A program made the translations under genes and the position numbers. Shown here piece by piece: positions 11,253-20,824 of a stretch of 64,000 bases of DNA. The stretch covers positions 704,001 through 768,000 of the forward strand of contig CAWGMQ010000010.1 in assembly GCA_963823665.1 (NCBI GenBank), written 5' to 3'. Origin of the DNA: an uncultured Planctomycetota bacterium. GTDB taxonomy: Bacteria > Planctomycetota > Planctomycetia > Isosphaerales > Isosphaeraceae. The stretch's first letter is position 1. Every line of letters starts with the position of its first letter. The notes below the pieces were generated by a model. That model was given only the letters and a program-made list of their open reading frames with translations, was not told where the DNA came from and did no database searches.

Positions 11253-11654
11253 GTGGACCGTCTGAACCGTTTCTTCACGAAGGAAAAGCCCGCACCAAGC
11301 TCCCTCGCGGATCTGGAAGCCATCTGGCAGGCGCGACGCGCGTACTGGGCGCGCAAGCTCGGCCGCATTCGGCTCGGCGTCGAGCCGATCGAGGAACAGC
11401 TCACTCGCTACCGTCGCGTGACCTGGATGCTGACGGCCGTGCCTGCATTCGTGAGCACGGTGATCTTCACCCTCTTGACCGTCTTCCGTCGGCCCGACAT
11501 TGGGGCCGTTGCCGCGGCCCTCTTATTCCTGCCGATCGTGGCGGGCGCATGGCTCGGTTATTTCCTGCTGCAAAGCAGAGCTCGGCGCTATCTGGTCGAG
11601 CTGGACGAATATGAGAACGCGAGGAACGGGCTTCTGTCCGACGCCGCTGAGTGA
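11253..11654 (+). CDS. hypothetical two-TM membrane protein
   Basis: 133-aa ORF with two hydrophobic segments. Confidence 0.65.
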   Translation: MDRLNRFFTKEKPAPSSLADLEAIWQARRAYWARKLGRIRLGVEPIEEQLTRYRRVTWMLTAVPAFVSTVIFTLLTVFRRPDIGAVAAALLFLPIVAGAWLGYFLLQSRARRYLVELDEYENARNGLLSDAAE

Positions 11655-11683
11655 CGGACTGAGGCTTTCGTCGCCTGAGGTGG

Positions 11684-11723
11684 AAAAACTCATGCCCCAG
11701 GGCGTTGCCGCCCTGGGGCATGA
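11684..11723 (-). terminator. intrinsic terminator of the ECF sigma transcript
   Basis: Perfect stem CATGCCCCAGGGCG/CGCCCTGGGGCATG followed on the minus strand by AGTTTTT, just after the sigma stop codon. Confidence 0.75.
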
Positions 11724-11730
11724 TGATCCG

Positions 11731-12417
11731 CTACCACGCGGAGGCTTCCGAGGCCCCCGCGCCGACGAGCTCGAGCTCGTCTTCATTATCACGGCAGGTG
11801 CCGGAGTCGCACCATTCGAGCGGGTCAGCGACCGAGGTCTCGAGCTCGACCTTGAGCCGCTTCCGCGCCGTGTGCAGCCGCCGCTTGACGGTGCCCAGGG
11901 GCACGTCGAGCAGCTCGGCGATCTCGACGAGCGAGTGGCCGCGGATGTAGAACGCGTCGAGCGCCTCGCGATCCATCGACTTGAGGCGTCCGAGCGCCGC
12001 CCACACGTGCTCGGCCCGCTCGCGATCAATCAACTGATCGAGCGGCTCGTCGCTCTCGAGCGAGGCCCCTTCGAGAACACCGGCCTCGACCGAAGGCGGA
12101 GCCACCCGGCGCGTGGCGCGGTTGATCGCCATACGCACCGTGACCTGGCGCAGCCAGCCGGCGAACCGCTCCGGCTCGCGCAACTGCGTGATCCGCTCGA
12201 GCACGTGCAGGAAGACTTCCTGCGTCAGCTCGAGCGCATCGCTGGGGTTGCCCAGCCGGCGCAGCGCGATGGCGTAGACCGTCGGCTGGAACTGCTCGAC
12301 CAGGGAGCCAAACGCGTCGCGGTCGCCCGCTTGCGCCTGGCGGACGAGCACCGCCAGCTCGGCCCAGGCCGTGACATCCCGATCCAGAATCGTCGACGTG
12401 AGGAGCACTTGATCCAC
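11731..12417 (-). CDS. ECF sigma-70 factor (no anti-sigma gene nearby)
   Basis: LVRQAQAGDRDAFGSLVEQFQ, DALELTQEVF, FAGWLRQVTVRMAIN, SLVEIAELLDVPLGTVKRRLHTARKRLK. Confidence 0.92.
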   Translation of the reverse strand: MDQVLLTSTILDRDVTAWAELAVLVRQAQAGDRDAFGSLVEQFQPTVYAIALRRLGNPSDALELTQEVFLHVLERITQLREPERFAGWLRQVTVRMAINRATRRVAPPSVEAGVLEGASLESDEPLDQLIDRERAEHVWAALGRLKSMDREALDAFYIRGHSLVEIAELLDVPLGTVKRRLHTARKRLKVELETSVADPLEWCDSGTCRDNEDELELVGAGASEASAW

Positions 12418-12429
12418 CTTCCCCGCCAG

Positions 12430-13666
12430 GGGTTCTCCCGCTTCTTCCGCCGCAAGTCCGGCTTCTCGTGCCGGATTGAAAATGGGCGGAAAAGCGTGGC
12501 CTCATGAACGTCGTCACGCTCGGCGCTTGATTGATCTTGATCACGCTTTGATGTGATGCTCGCCGGATCGACCGATCCGGAAAACACCAGCATCGAGATC
12601 CGCGTGGGATCAACGGCGCGGCGACTGTTGCGACGGCGCGTGTGCGGTGGCCAATTCATGCCCAGAAGGTCGGAGATCCGGTTCCAGGCCAGCCGCACGA
12701 AACCGATGGTTCGAATCCGTCTGTTGCCTTGGATCTTCGAAGGTTGAATCAAGCGGGATGACCCAGGCCCTTAGCGCAAGGACTTGGGGCTGCTTGCGAG
12801 CCACCTTCTTGCGATCACTCAAGCGGACGGAATCGGGCGATCGGTACTCACTTTCCGACGGTTGTTGCTCTCGCCAGGGCCGAGCTTGCTAAGCGGGCTC
12901 GACGACGGGCGGTGCGATCGCGATCGGTGGCGTTACTCGCAGCCACCGCGTCGCGCTATCGCCTGGCATTCCAGGCCGCGCCTCGCGGTGTTCCCGACGC
13001 AATTCGGTAGCGTCGGGAAGCGGGTAACTCGATCGTCCGGTCGCGGTTCGCACGTGTCGGCGAGGTCTGCCGGCCTCGGATCCGTCACGTCGCAACCTTC
13101 AACCGCCCAGCCGCCTTGTTGCCACATCGCGCAACTCGGTTGCTGGACCTGAACCGGGGAAATTGAGCCGGGAATGGACGGCATTCCTGGTTTCGATTTG
13201 GGTTTCGAAAAGGAATACTGCACCACTCCCTCACGCATGACGTCATGATGGGAGTTAAGGATGTATAGGGTCTGGCCATCAAGGTTGACGTCCGCAATAG
13301 CGGCGCGCGACCGCGTCCCGAGATTCAGCCCGTTGGAAAGTACCAAGGCCGACAGCGTCAGGTTCTTGCGGCTCAACATGGCTATGACCCTCACATCCGC
13401 CTGAAGGGGCGGGATCGTGTGATGACGCAACAGCCGAGCTCCAGAATGGAGCGAGCGGCCGTCGCATCATGGGGATTTGGGCGACTTAACGCCCTGGCGA
13501 TTACCGAGTCATGGGCTCCGTTCTGGCTCCCGAGACATCGATGCGACCGGGCAACGCGCCCGATCTTCCAGAACCCAGGCCAATCGGCCTGGGATACCAG
13601 GTGGTCGATTGCCGTCGGTTCGCGGGTGCTCTGCACCCAGTCGCAGCACGCGCCACCTAGTGGTAC
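12430..13666 (+). ncRNA. candidate large (~1.2 kb) highly structured non-coding RNA
   Basis: No credible ORF; more than 20 local and long-range helices (e.g. 12627-12635/13088-13096, 12702-12726/12820-12846, 13268-13279/13378-13390, 13461-13468/13540-13547); the wobble pairs found are G-T on the + strand. Confidence 0.65.
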
Positions 13667-13668
13667 CG

Positions 13669-13700
13669 AGTATAGACATCCTATCGCCGTTTTGTGTTCG
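13669..13700 (-). promoter_or_regulatory. putative ECF-type promoter, overlapping a TATACT -10-like hexamer
   Basis: Minus strand CGAACAC-N16-GTCTAT matches GAAC-N16-GTCTA ECF geometry and points through the structured region toward the ECF gene. Confidence 0.45.
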
Positions 13701-15195
13701 CGCGAAATTCCAAAAAATCGGATTTTCCGTTTTCGGGACGTTCCGAATTTGACGTGCGACGGTCAGTTTCGGCCCTTCGTGCACGACCTCAAAGCCTTGG
13801 TCCAGCAACACTTTGAGAAGAGGATAATCGTTTCGGACGAAGAGCCAGCGGATTCCGGGATCGAGTTCGGGATAGCGCATCGGCAGGTTCCAGTTCACGA
13901 GGTAGCCGTAGAGTCGCCGGCGGGACGAAAGTGACGCGGAGACCAGATGGTCAGCGAGCACCCCATCGTCGGGGCCGACCTGTTCGATCGATCGCCAGAG
14001 CTCGGCGGCTTCGCCCGCGGCGATTGGAATCGGGATGCGGTCCATCCGCGACTTCATGGCGTACGTGCCTGCGGCGCCCGAGGCGCAGAGTATCGCCCAG
14101 GCCAGCGCGGCCCACATGACGCCGCTGCGGCGCTTGAGGATCCAGGTTCCCGCTCTCGCGTAGCCGATCAGCCCCGCCGCGAGCACAAGCGCGGTCATGG
14201 GAAGAACGTAGCGCACGTGGTGCCAGTCGGCGGTCGAGAGTGAATCGATCGACCACTCGCCGCTGCACGGGCCCCAGATCCACGGCAGCGCAAGGATCGC
14301 GACCCGTGGCGCGAAGCAGGCCAGAATCGTCCACATCCCCAGGCCGTACGCGAGGGCTTCGAGCGACGTGTGAAGCGTGGCGGGCAGCGCGGCCTTCTTG
14401 ACCAGGAACTGCTGGATGTAGAACGCGGGCGCGTTGCTGCCCACAACAAACCGCAGGTAACCGAGAAATCCAAAGAACAGCCATGAAAGTCCGGCAAACA
14501 CGATGACGTGTCGCCATCGCAGCGTCACGCGTGAGCGGCTCGGGCACGCGCGGAGGGATCAAGGCGAACGTCGCGGCCATGACGGCGAATTCCTGGCGGC
14601 AGGCGAGCATCCCCGCGATTCCAAAAATCGCTAGCGGTGCCGACCGGCTCCGAACCCCCTGAACGGCCCACACCACGAAGGGAAGGGCGAGTTGAAGCTC
14701 GCGGAAATCGTTGAGGGCGAGCGGCCAGAGCAGGGGGGTGAGCGGGACGATCGCTGCGGCAGAGACGCCGAGCCATCGCGAGCCCGACTCGGAGCGCACC
14801 AGCGTGTAAGCCGCTGGAACGACCAACCAGAACATGATGTTCTGGATGATCAGGAGCGTGCGCGGGTCTGGGAACAGGCGGTAGACCGGTGCCAGTGCAA
14901 AGCGAATCGGCGCCAGGTAATTCATCTTCCAGACCGACGGCCCTTCCTCGGCGTATCGGGACAAGGGCCGGACTGTTATCTCACGATCTCCGCAGGTGAG
15001 CGCCCAGAACCACTGGTTGTAGTAAGCCAGGTCCCAGGCCCACCCACTGCGGAATTCGTGGTAGCGATTGAGCGACTCACGCGCCGAGATGAGCGTCATC
15101 GCCACGGTGATTGTGGCGACGATCAGCCAGCAAATCGCTCCGGGGCGACGATCATTCGACGCATCGCGCACGGCTTGGGCAGCCTGTTCCAGCAC
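13681..15195 (-). CDS. DUF2079-like polytopic membrane protein (GT-C-like glycosyltransferase); frameshifts at ~14527 and probably ~13730
   Basis: WDLAYYNQWFW, NDFRELQLALPF, LACRQEFA, HHVRY and many TM helices. The 3' end is uncertain: a shifted frame stops at 13681, the ORF track runs to 13509. Confidence 0.7.
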
Positions 15196-15201
15196 GATTG
15201 A

Positions 15202-15223
15202 GTAGGTCAGGCCTTAGCCTGAC
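15202..15223. repeat. GTAG-type REP-like palindrome
   Basis: GTAGGTCAGGCCTTAGCCTGAC. Confidence 0.7.
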
Positions 15224-15259
15224 GTTCAGGTCATTGCACGAACGCGAGCCGCGTTCCGC

Positions 15260-15349
15260 TACGCAAGAAAACAAGCACTTTCGCGGAGCGAAAGGCGACT
15301 CTGATACGCGAGAAAACAAGCACTTTCGCGGAGCGAAAGGCGACTCTGG
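15260..15349. repeat. two tandem 45-bp units, each with a CTTTCGCGGAGCGAAAG hairpin
   Basis: TACGC(A/G)AGAAAACAAGCACTTTCGCGGAGCGAAAGGCGACTCTG repeated head to tail. Confidence 0.85.
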
Positions 15350-15356
15350 TTACCGA

Positions 15357-16346
15357 CTAGCCCCGGCCCATTGGCTTTGACGCCACGGAATTCACTGGGT
15401 TCCTTGGCGCCTCGCCCAGCAGGATGCGCCGGGTTTCCTCGGCGGTCTTGGTCCGCAGCTCGTTGTAGCCTTCGACGCTGTAGAATGCCGTGTGGGGCGT
15501 GAGCAGCACCTTTGGATGGTTTCGCAGCCGATCGTAATCGAGCGGCTCGCGCTCGATCACGTCCAGTCCTGCGGCGGCGAGATGGCCGCTGTCGAGGGCG
15601 TCAAGCAAAGCGGTTTCCTCGATGATCGGGCCGCGCGCCGTGTTGATCAGGATCGCGCCCGGTTTCATCCGGGCGATCGTTGTCGCATTGACCAGATGCT
15701 TGGAATTCGCATCGAGGTAGCAGTGCAGGCTCACGAAGTGGCTCTGCTCGAGCAGGTCATCGAGCGCATAAACCCGGCGGATTCCGAGCGCCTTGTCCAT
15801 GCCCTGCCGCAGATAGGGATCGTAGAAGACCACGTCGAGCCCGAACGCCTTCGCTCGCAGCGCCGCTGCGGTTCCGATCCGGCCGCAGCCCACCACGCCG
15901 AACGTCTTGCCGCGGAGCCGGGGTGCTCCCAGAGCCGTGCGATAATCCCAGTTGCCATCGCGGATCGCCTGATGCGAGATGACCAGGCGGCGCACAAGTG
16001 CCAGCAGGAACATGATCGCGTGATCGGCGACTTCTTCGGTGCCGTAGTCGGGCACGTTGCACACGACCACGCCGTGGCGGCTCGCCGATTCGACGTCCAC
16101 GTTGTTGAAGCCCACCCCGGCACGGACGACGCCACGGCAGCGAGGTGCGCGGGAGAAGCTCAGCTCGCTCAGAATCGATAGGTCATGAAAGAGCATGATC
16201 GCATCAGCCTGCGGGAGGAACCTCTCGAGCTGAGATTCCTCGGTCGCGTGGGCCATCACGAGCTGCGCGAGATCGCCGAGAACTGCCGATTCAATGGAAG
16301 TCTCGTCGAGGAAGTCGGCGATGAGGACGTTGAAGCGTTTTGACAT
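15357..16346 (-). CDS. D-isomer-specific 2-hydroxyacid dehydrogenase (CtBP-like)
   Basis: RAGVGFNNVD, NVPDYGTEEVADHA, GCGRIG, INTARG, LDVIEREP, TPHTAFYS. Confidence 0.92.
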   Translation of the reverse strand: MSKRFNVLIADFLDETSIESAVLGDLAQLVMAHATEESQLERFLPQADAIMLFHDLSILSELSFSRAPRCRGVVRAGVGFNNVDVESASRHGVVVCNVPDYGTEEVADHAIMFLLALVRRLVISHQAIRDGNWDYRTALGAPRLRGKTFGVVGCGRIGTAAALRAKAFGLDVVFYDPYLRQGMDKALGIRRVYALDDLLEQSHFVSLHCYLDANSKHLVNATTIARMKPGAILINTARGPIIEETALLDALDSGHLAAAGLDVIEREPLDYDRLRNHPKVLLTPHTAFYSVEGYNELRTKTAEETRRILLGEAPRNPVNSVASKPMGRG

Positions 16347-16379
16347 TCAATCGATTCTCCCAACGCGTGCGAGTCGTTT

Positions 16380-16835
16380 TTACCTTTTGAAGACGCGAAT
16401 CCACCGCGCCGCGACTTGACTGCTACGACGGCACCAGGCACCCAGTCGGCGCGGCACAGGCGGGTGAGCACGACGCCACTCGTCCTCGGCTGCCGACAAG
16501 AGCTTCTCCAGCCGGTCATAGGTGGCGCCGACGGCGGCCAGTGCCGCTTCGTGCTGCCGTGCGAGCGCGAGAAGAAGGTGTTCCGTCCCCACGTACGGTT
16601 TGCCGCGCAATCGGGCTATTTCGATGGCACCCGCGACGAGCTCCGTCTGGCCGACGGAAGTGCGGTCTTCGGGGAGCGCTTCGACGTCCAAATTGACCGC
16701 GGACAGAAGCGTCGCGGCGAACCCGCCCTGCTTGCCCGTTAGACCGCGCAGAACACCTAGCAAGTTCGACGTGGCGTGGCGCCGGAACGCCTTCCGAATC
16801 ACTGCGCGAGCGTTGTCCGTAAACCTTGCCATCAT
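16380..16835 (-). CDS. Clp N-terminal domain-containing protein
   Basis: RFTDNARAVI and YVGTEHLLLAL. Confidence 0.75.
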   Translation of the reverse strand: MMARFTDNARAVIRKAFRRHATSNLLGVLRGLTGKQGGFAATLLSAVNLDVEALPEDRTSVGQTELVAGAIEIARLRGKPYVGTEHLLLALARQHEAALAAVGATYDRLEKLLSAAEDEWRRAHPPVPRRLGAWCRRSSQVAARWIRVFKR

Positions 16836-16945
16836 CGGTCGCTCTCCGGTCTCCCTCCCGACGAAATATGGCTCATTGGCTCCGCAAAACCATCAGTGAG
16901 ACCGCGCATGACGCCGGTGTCACAGACCGCCAAGTCCCCCTCACG

Positions 16946-17188
16946 CTAATTTCTGCGCCGCTTCTCAGCTTCGTTCCTCCCCGGCTTGATCTCGAGGTCG
17001 GTCACGAGAAGGAGATCGATGATGTTCAGCGTATCGTCCGATTGATAAACGTTGATGGTTCGCCCGCTCGGGGCGGACATGATGAACTCCCGGTGCATCA
17101 CCGGTATCGAACGGCCGTCCGCCAGATGCATGACGAACGGTCGGAAAGGTTGGGCATCGTAGGCAGTGCGGATTTGCTCGATCGTCAT
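16946..17188 (-). CDS. small hypothetical protein
   Basis: MTIEQIRTAYDAQPFRPFVMHLADGRSIPVMH; 80 aa, natural-looking. Confidence 0.7.
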   Translation of the reverse strand: MTIEQIRTAYDAQPFRPFVMHLADGRSIPVMHREFIMSAPSGRTINVYQSDDTLNIIDLLLVTDLEIKPGRNEAEKRRRN

Positions 17189-17277
17189 CGTAAGTTGGCT
17201 CTCGTCGACGAAATTCAGTCTTCCCCGAGACCTGATCGTACCACGACCGATGTAACCACCGCCACACGCCCTCACCG

Positions 17278-18127
17278 CTACACAGCGTTGAACCCCTCAC
17301 AGCTTACCAAAACGCGTTCACTCCCCAGCACCCCGACCATCACGTCACGCACTTCCCAGAGCTTTTCGAGGCCGTTCCATTCGCCAAATCCGGCGGCTGC
17401 GAGCAACTCGGCGAAGCCGGTGCGCTTGGTGCGGAGCCCGTTTTTTGATCCATCACCGATCAAGTAATGGTCCAGGATCACGCGGTCGCAGGCGCTATCC
17501 AGGCGGCGGGCGAAGGCGATCGGGTTTGACAAGGGCAAGAGCGGGCTGACCGTTGCCTGCGTCGGGATGCCACGGCAGCGAAAACGCGCGAGCGTTTCGA
17601 TCCGCCGCAAAGGGGGGCTGGCATGCCTGGGGAAAGCCGGAGGCAGCTCATCCCGGTCCGTCTCGACGGTGATCGAGACCCAAAGCTTACATCGCCGCGA
17701 AAGCTCGTCGATGATGTCAATGTCTCGTTCGATCAGCGTCGCGTGCGTCTGGATCACGAGCACGTCCGGCGGGCGTTCGAGCATTTCTTTCAAGACCGAT
17801 CGGGTGATCTCCTGAGCTTTTCTCCTGGGGAACATAGGGGTCGGTGACGCTACTCATGAAGATCTTGAGCGGCCGCGGCTCGCCTCGCCGCGGGCGTTTC
17901 AATCGATCGTAATCCGCCCGATAGGCTGTCGCGGCGTTCTTCTTGGCGCCGTAGAGTCGCCATGGGCGACCCCTCGTGATATTGCCGTCGTGCTGAGCAT
18001 AGCAGAACAGCCCGCAGATCGAGCCGGCAAAGGCGCAGCCGCTGTAGGGGTTGAGCGTGTGCGTATATCCGGGGCCGAGGAAGCCCCTCGTAGGACTTAG
18101 GATCGAGGCGTTATCGATCAGTTCCAT
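17278..18127 (-). CDS. radical SAM protein, spore photoproduct lyase-like family; frameshift at ~17825
   Basis: LNPYSGCAFAGSICGLFCYA, IFMSSVTDPY, VSITVETD, TVSPLLP. Confidence 0.8.
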
Positions 18128-18305
18128 TGAAAGGGCTACGGCGTTGGTTTGCTCCGGAATGGTCCGCGAATCGTTGAATTGTACCGACACTCCATCGGAG
18201 CGCACGACTTTGCGTTGGACCACATGCCCGCGATTTCCGTTAGAATGGACGCCCACGCTGATATCTGACCGCGTCCTACCGAGTTTCAGGGAGAGATCGA
18301 TACCG

Positions 18306-19085
18306 ATGCCGCGAATCAAGCAACTGCTCCGTGAGGGGAAGGTCGTTCGTTGTTTCGGCTTTGGGCAGCTTCTGGCTCCCAAGCTGGTGGCGATTCTGGG
18401 CGAGCACGGCGATTTCGACGCGCTCTGGATCGACTCGGAGCACGGCGGGTTGACCATGAAGGAGATCGAGCTGGCGACGATGGCCGCCCGCGGATACGGG
18501 ATGGACCACTTCGTGAGGCTGGCGGCGACGGATTACGCGTCGGTGATGCGCCCGCTCGAGGCCGGCGCAGGAGGCTTGATGATCAGCATGGTTCGCGGCG
18601 CCGCCGAGGCGGAACAGGCCGTGCGATGGGCCAAGTTCTGGCCCAGGGGCGAGCGAGGATTGAACGGCGGCAACGCCGATGGACGGTTCGGTCTGACCCC
18701 GCTGGCGGAATACACGGCCCGGGCCAACGCCGAAACGTTTCTGGGCATCCAGATCGAGACGGCCGGTGCGCTGGAATCCGTGGCTGAAATTGCGGCCATT
18801 CCGGATGTGGACTTGCTCTTTATCGGGCCGTCCGACTTGAGCCAGATGCTCGGGGTGACGGGCCAGTTCGAGCATCCCAAATGCCTGGAGGCGATCGAAT
18901 CGGTCGCCCATGCCTGCCAGCAGGCCGGCAAGCCATGGGGAATCTTCAGCCGCGGGCCGGAGTATGCCGCCCGGATGCGCAGCATGGGCTGCCAGCTCTT
19001 TGTCCTGGGAGCAGACATTCACGCCATGCATGCGGGAATCCGCAGCGTCAAGGAGCGTTATTCTGCCTTTTTCAAGCAGGCGTGA
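18306..19085 (+). CDS. HpcH/HpaI aldolase family protein
   Basis: DALWIDSEHG, KFWPRGERG, QIETAGA, DLLFIGPSDLS. Confidence 0.92.
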   Translation: MPRIKQLLREGKVVRCFGFGQLLAPKLVAILGEHGDFDALWIDSEHGGLTMKEIELATMAARGYGMDHFVRLAATDYASVMRPLEAGAGGLMISMVRGAAEAEQAVRWAKFWPRGERGLNGGNADGRFGLTPLAEYTARANAETFLGIQIETAGALESVAEIAAIPDVDLLFIGPSDLSQMLGVTGQFEHPKCLEAIESVAHACQQAGKPWGIFSRGPEYAARMRSMGCQLFVLGADIHAMHAGIRSVKERYSAFFKQA

Positions 19086-19108
19086 ATGACGCTGCGTCCG
19101 TTTTTATA

Positions 19109-20686
19109 TCAAGGAGTTTCCGTCGGAATGAATTCCTTGCTTCGGTTCTGCTCGATGGCCGTCAGAACGCCGGTGGTCACACGCCGGTAGAGCGTGGGGC
19201 GGTGTTCTTCGGGGACCTCGGCGGCGATCCACTTACGGGCCGTCTCGGCGTTGCCTCGCCGGCCCTGTGCTTCGGCGACGGCACCCAGGGCGACGAACCG
19301 CAGAGCTGGATCGGGATAGAGCACGACGCACTTGCGGGCGTCCTGGAAACGCCCGCTGGCAATCAAGCTGTCCACGACGAAGCCCGCGAGCACTCCGCGC
19401 AGGCCGTCTTGCTGCACGGTCGACACGGCCCTGGCCGCTTCTTCGTACGAGGCGGTCGCGCCGTCGTTTTGATCGTCGCGGGCCTGGGCCTCCGCCAGCA
19501 GGAGCATCGCCTCGGCGCGTGACTCGCCGTTGGCGATACCGCGGGCGAGAGCGTAACCCCGGGAGTATTGCTGGGAGTCGGCTGCGAGCAAGGTGATCCG
19601 GACCATCGCGCGATATTTCCAGATCAATCGGTCAATTTTCGTGGCGACATCGAAGGCTTCGATGAGGATGTCGTCAGCCATCTTGCGGTATGTCTGCGTG
19701 TCCACGGGCTTTGGTCCGGCAGCAGCCTGGCGGGCACCAGCATCGCCTCCGGGGTTGCGATCGGCCGGCTTGGGACCCGCAGGCGGGGCGGCAGGAGCGG
19801 GCGACGGCGGGTTTTCCGACGGGGTCGCCGGCGCCGAGGACCTGGCAAACTCGTTGGCGATGCTGGCGCTTCCGGACGCCATGTTCTCGGCGACATGGTA
19901 CATCATCTCGTTGCGATAAGTCGGATTGCCGATGATCTCTGCGAGGTAAACAGCGCGCTTCCATTCGAGCCGTGCCGTGCGGATGAGGACGAGCGGGTCG
20001 TTGGACCCGTTGGGCAGCGCCTCGGGCTTTGCGCGGGGATCGACATTAGCCGACTCGTTCAAGATCTGACGCCCATGCAGCAGCGTGGCGTCGGTGAGCG
20101 CGGTCATCGTTTCCACAATCTTCATCAATCGCTGGTCCCGCACCAGCGGGATCGTCACTTCCGACGTCGCGGTCGTGGCTTCTTCCAGCAACTGGTGGGC
20201 AAGGAAAAGCTGCCGGCTTGCGATCGCACCGGCCGCGAGTCGCTGCAGCGCCAGGCTGCGCTCTTCGGGAGTCGCGATCATCCGGGCGTTCTTGAGGAGT
20301 TCATTGGTGACCTGCGTGGGGATCTTCTTGTCGAATGGCGCGCCCCCCTGTTCGAGCTGGATGAACGGGAGCAGATACGGGTCGTTCGGAAAGCTGACAT
20401 CGACGCCGGGGCCGAAGCTCGTTATCGGCGCACGCCTGCGACCACCCAGCGGCTGGATCGGAGGGCCGCGGAGGCCGTCGTCGCCGCTTCCTGGGCCTAC
20501 GCCGGAAAGCGAGCCGGATCGGTTGCGCTGCACGCCGGTTGAGTAACCGGAACCGGTGCCCGCCCCGCTGCCGGATGACAGACCCGGCCCCTGAGTCATC
20601 TGGGCACTCGCCGCGGAGGCCAGCCCCAGCACGAGGCACGACGCGAAACTCGCCGGCTTGCGAATCGTCTGTATTGCTTGAATCAT
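19109..20686 (-). CDS. hypothetical secreted alpha-helical protein
   Basis: 525 aa; signal peptide ending ASAASAQ, Gly/Ser-rich N-terminus, helical-repeat-like body. Confidence 0.7.
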   Translation of the reverse strand: MIQAIQTIRKPASFASCLVLGLASAASAQMTQGPGLSSGSGAGTGSGYSTGVQRNRSGSLSGVGPGSGDDGLRGPPIQPLGGRRRAPITSFGPGVDVSFPNDPYLLPFIQLEQGGAPFDKKIPTQVTNELLKNARMIATPEERSLALQRLAAGAIASRQLFLAHQLLEEATTATSEVTIPLVRDQRLMKIVETMTALTDATLLHGRQILNESANVDPRAKPEALPNGSNDPLVLIRTARLEWKRAVYLAEIIGNPTYRNEMMYHVAENMASGSASIANEFARSSAPATPSENPPSPAPAAPPAGPKPADRNPGGDAGARQAAAGPKPVDTQTYRKMADDILIEAFDVATKIDRLIWKYRAMVRITLLAADSQQYSRGYALARGIANGESRAEAMLLLAEAQARDDQNDGATASYEEAARAVSTVQQDGLRGVLAGFVVDSLIASGRFQDARKCVVLYPDPALRFVALGAVAEAQGRRGNAETARKWIAAEVPEEHRPTLYRRVTTGVLTAIEQNRSKEFIPTETP

Positions 20687-20824
20687 GGCGGGCTGATCCT
20701 TCGAGCTGCTTGGTTCAGGTCCTCGAAGAGAGAACCGGACTGCGGGCCGCGGGAGGTCGGGCCCGCGCGGCGACCGTGCTCGCGCCGCCGTTCCATCGAA
20801 AGATGCCTTGAGTTTGCTCCCAGG

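Noticed and set aside
12620..12728. tRNA-like element suggested by GATGG-TTCGAAT-CCGTC (T-arm-like) and GGCGAC/GTTGCC
   Set aside because: No D-arm or 7-nt anticodon loop, and the same bases form a longer helix with 12820-12846; at most an alternative fold within the larger RNA
12225..13934. Several 60-175-aa ORFs across the structured intergenic region
   Set aside because: They overlap on both strands, have no motifs and look like translations of GC-rich non-coding DNA
15260..15349. Possible mini CRISPR array
   Set aside because: Two adjacent 45-bp units with no unique spacer and no cas genes; REP-like
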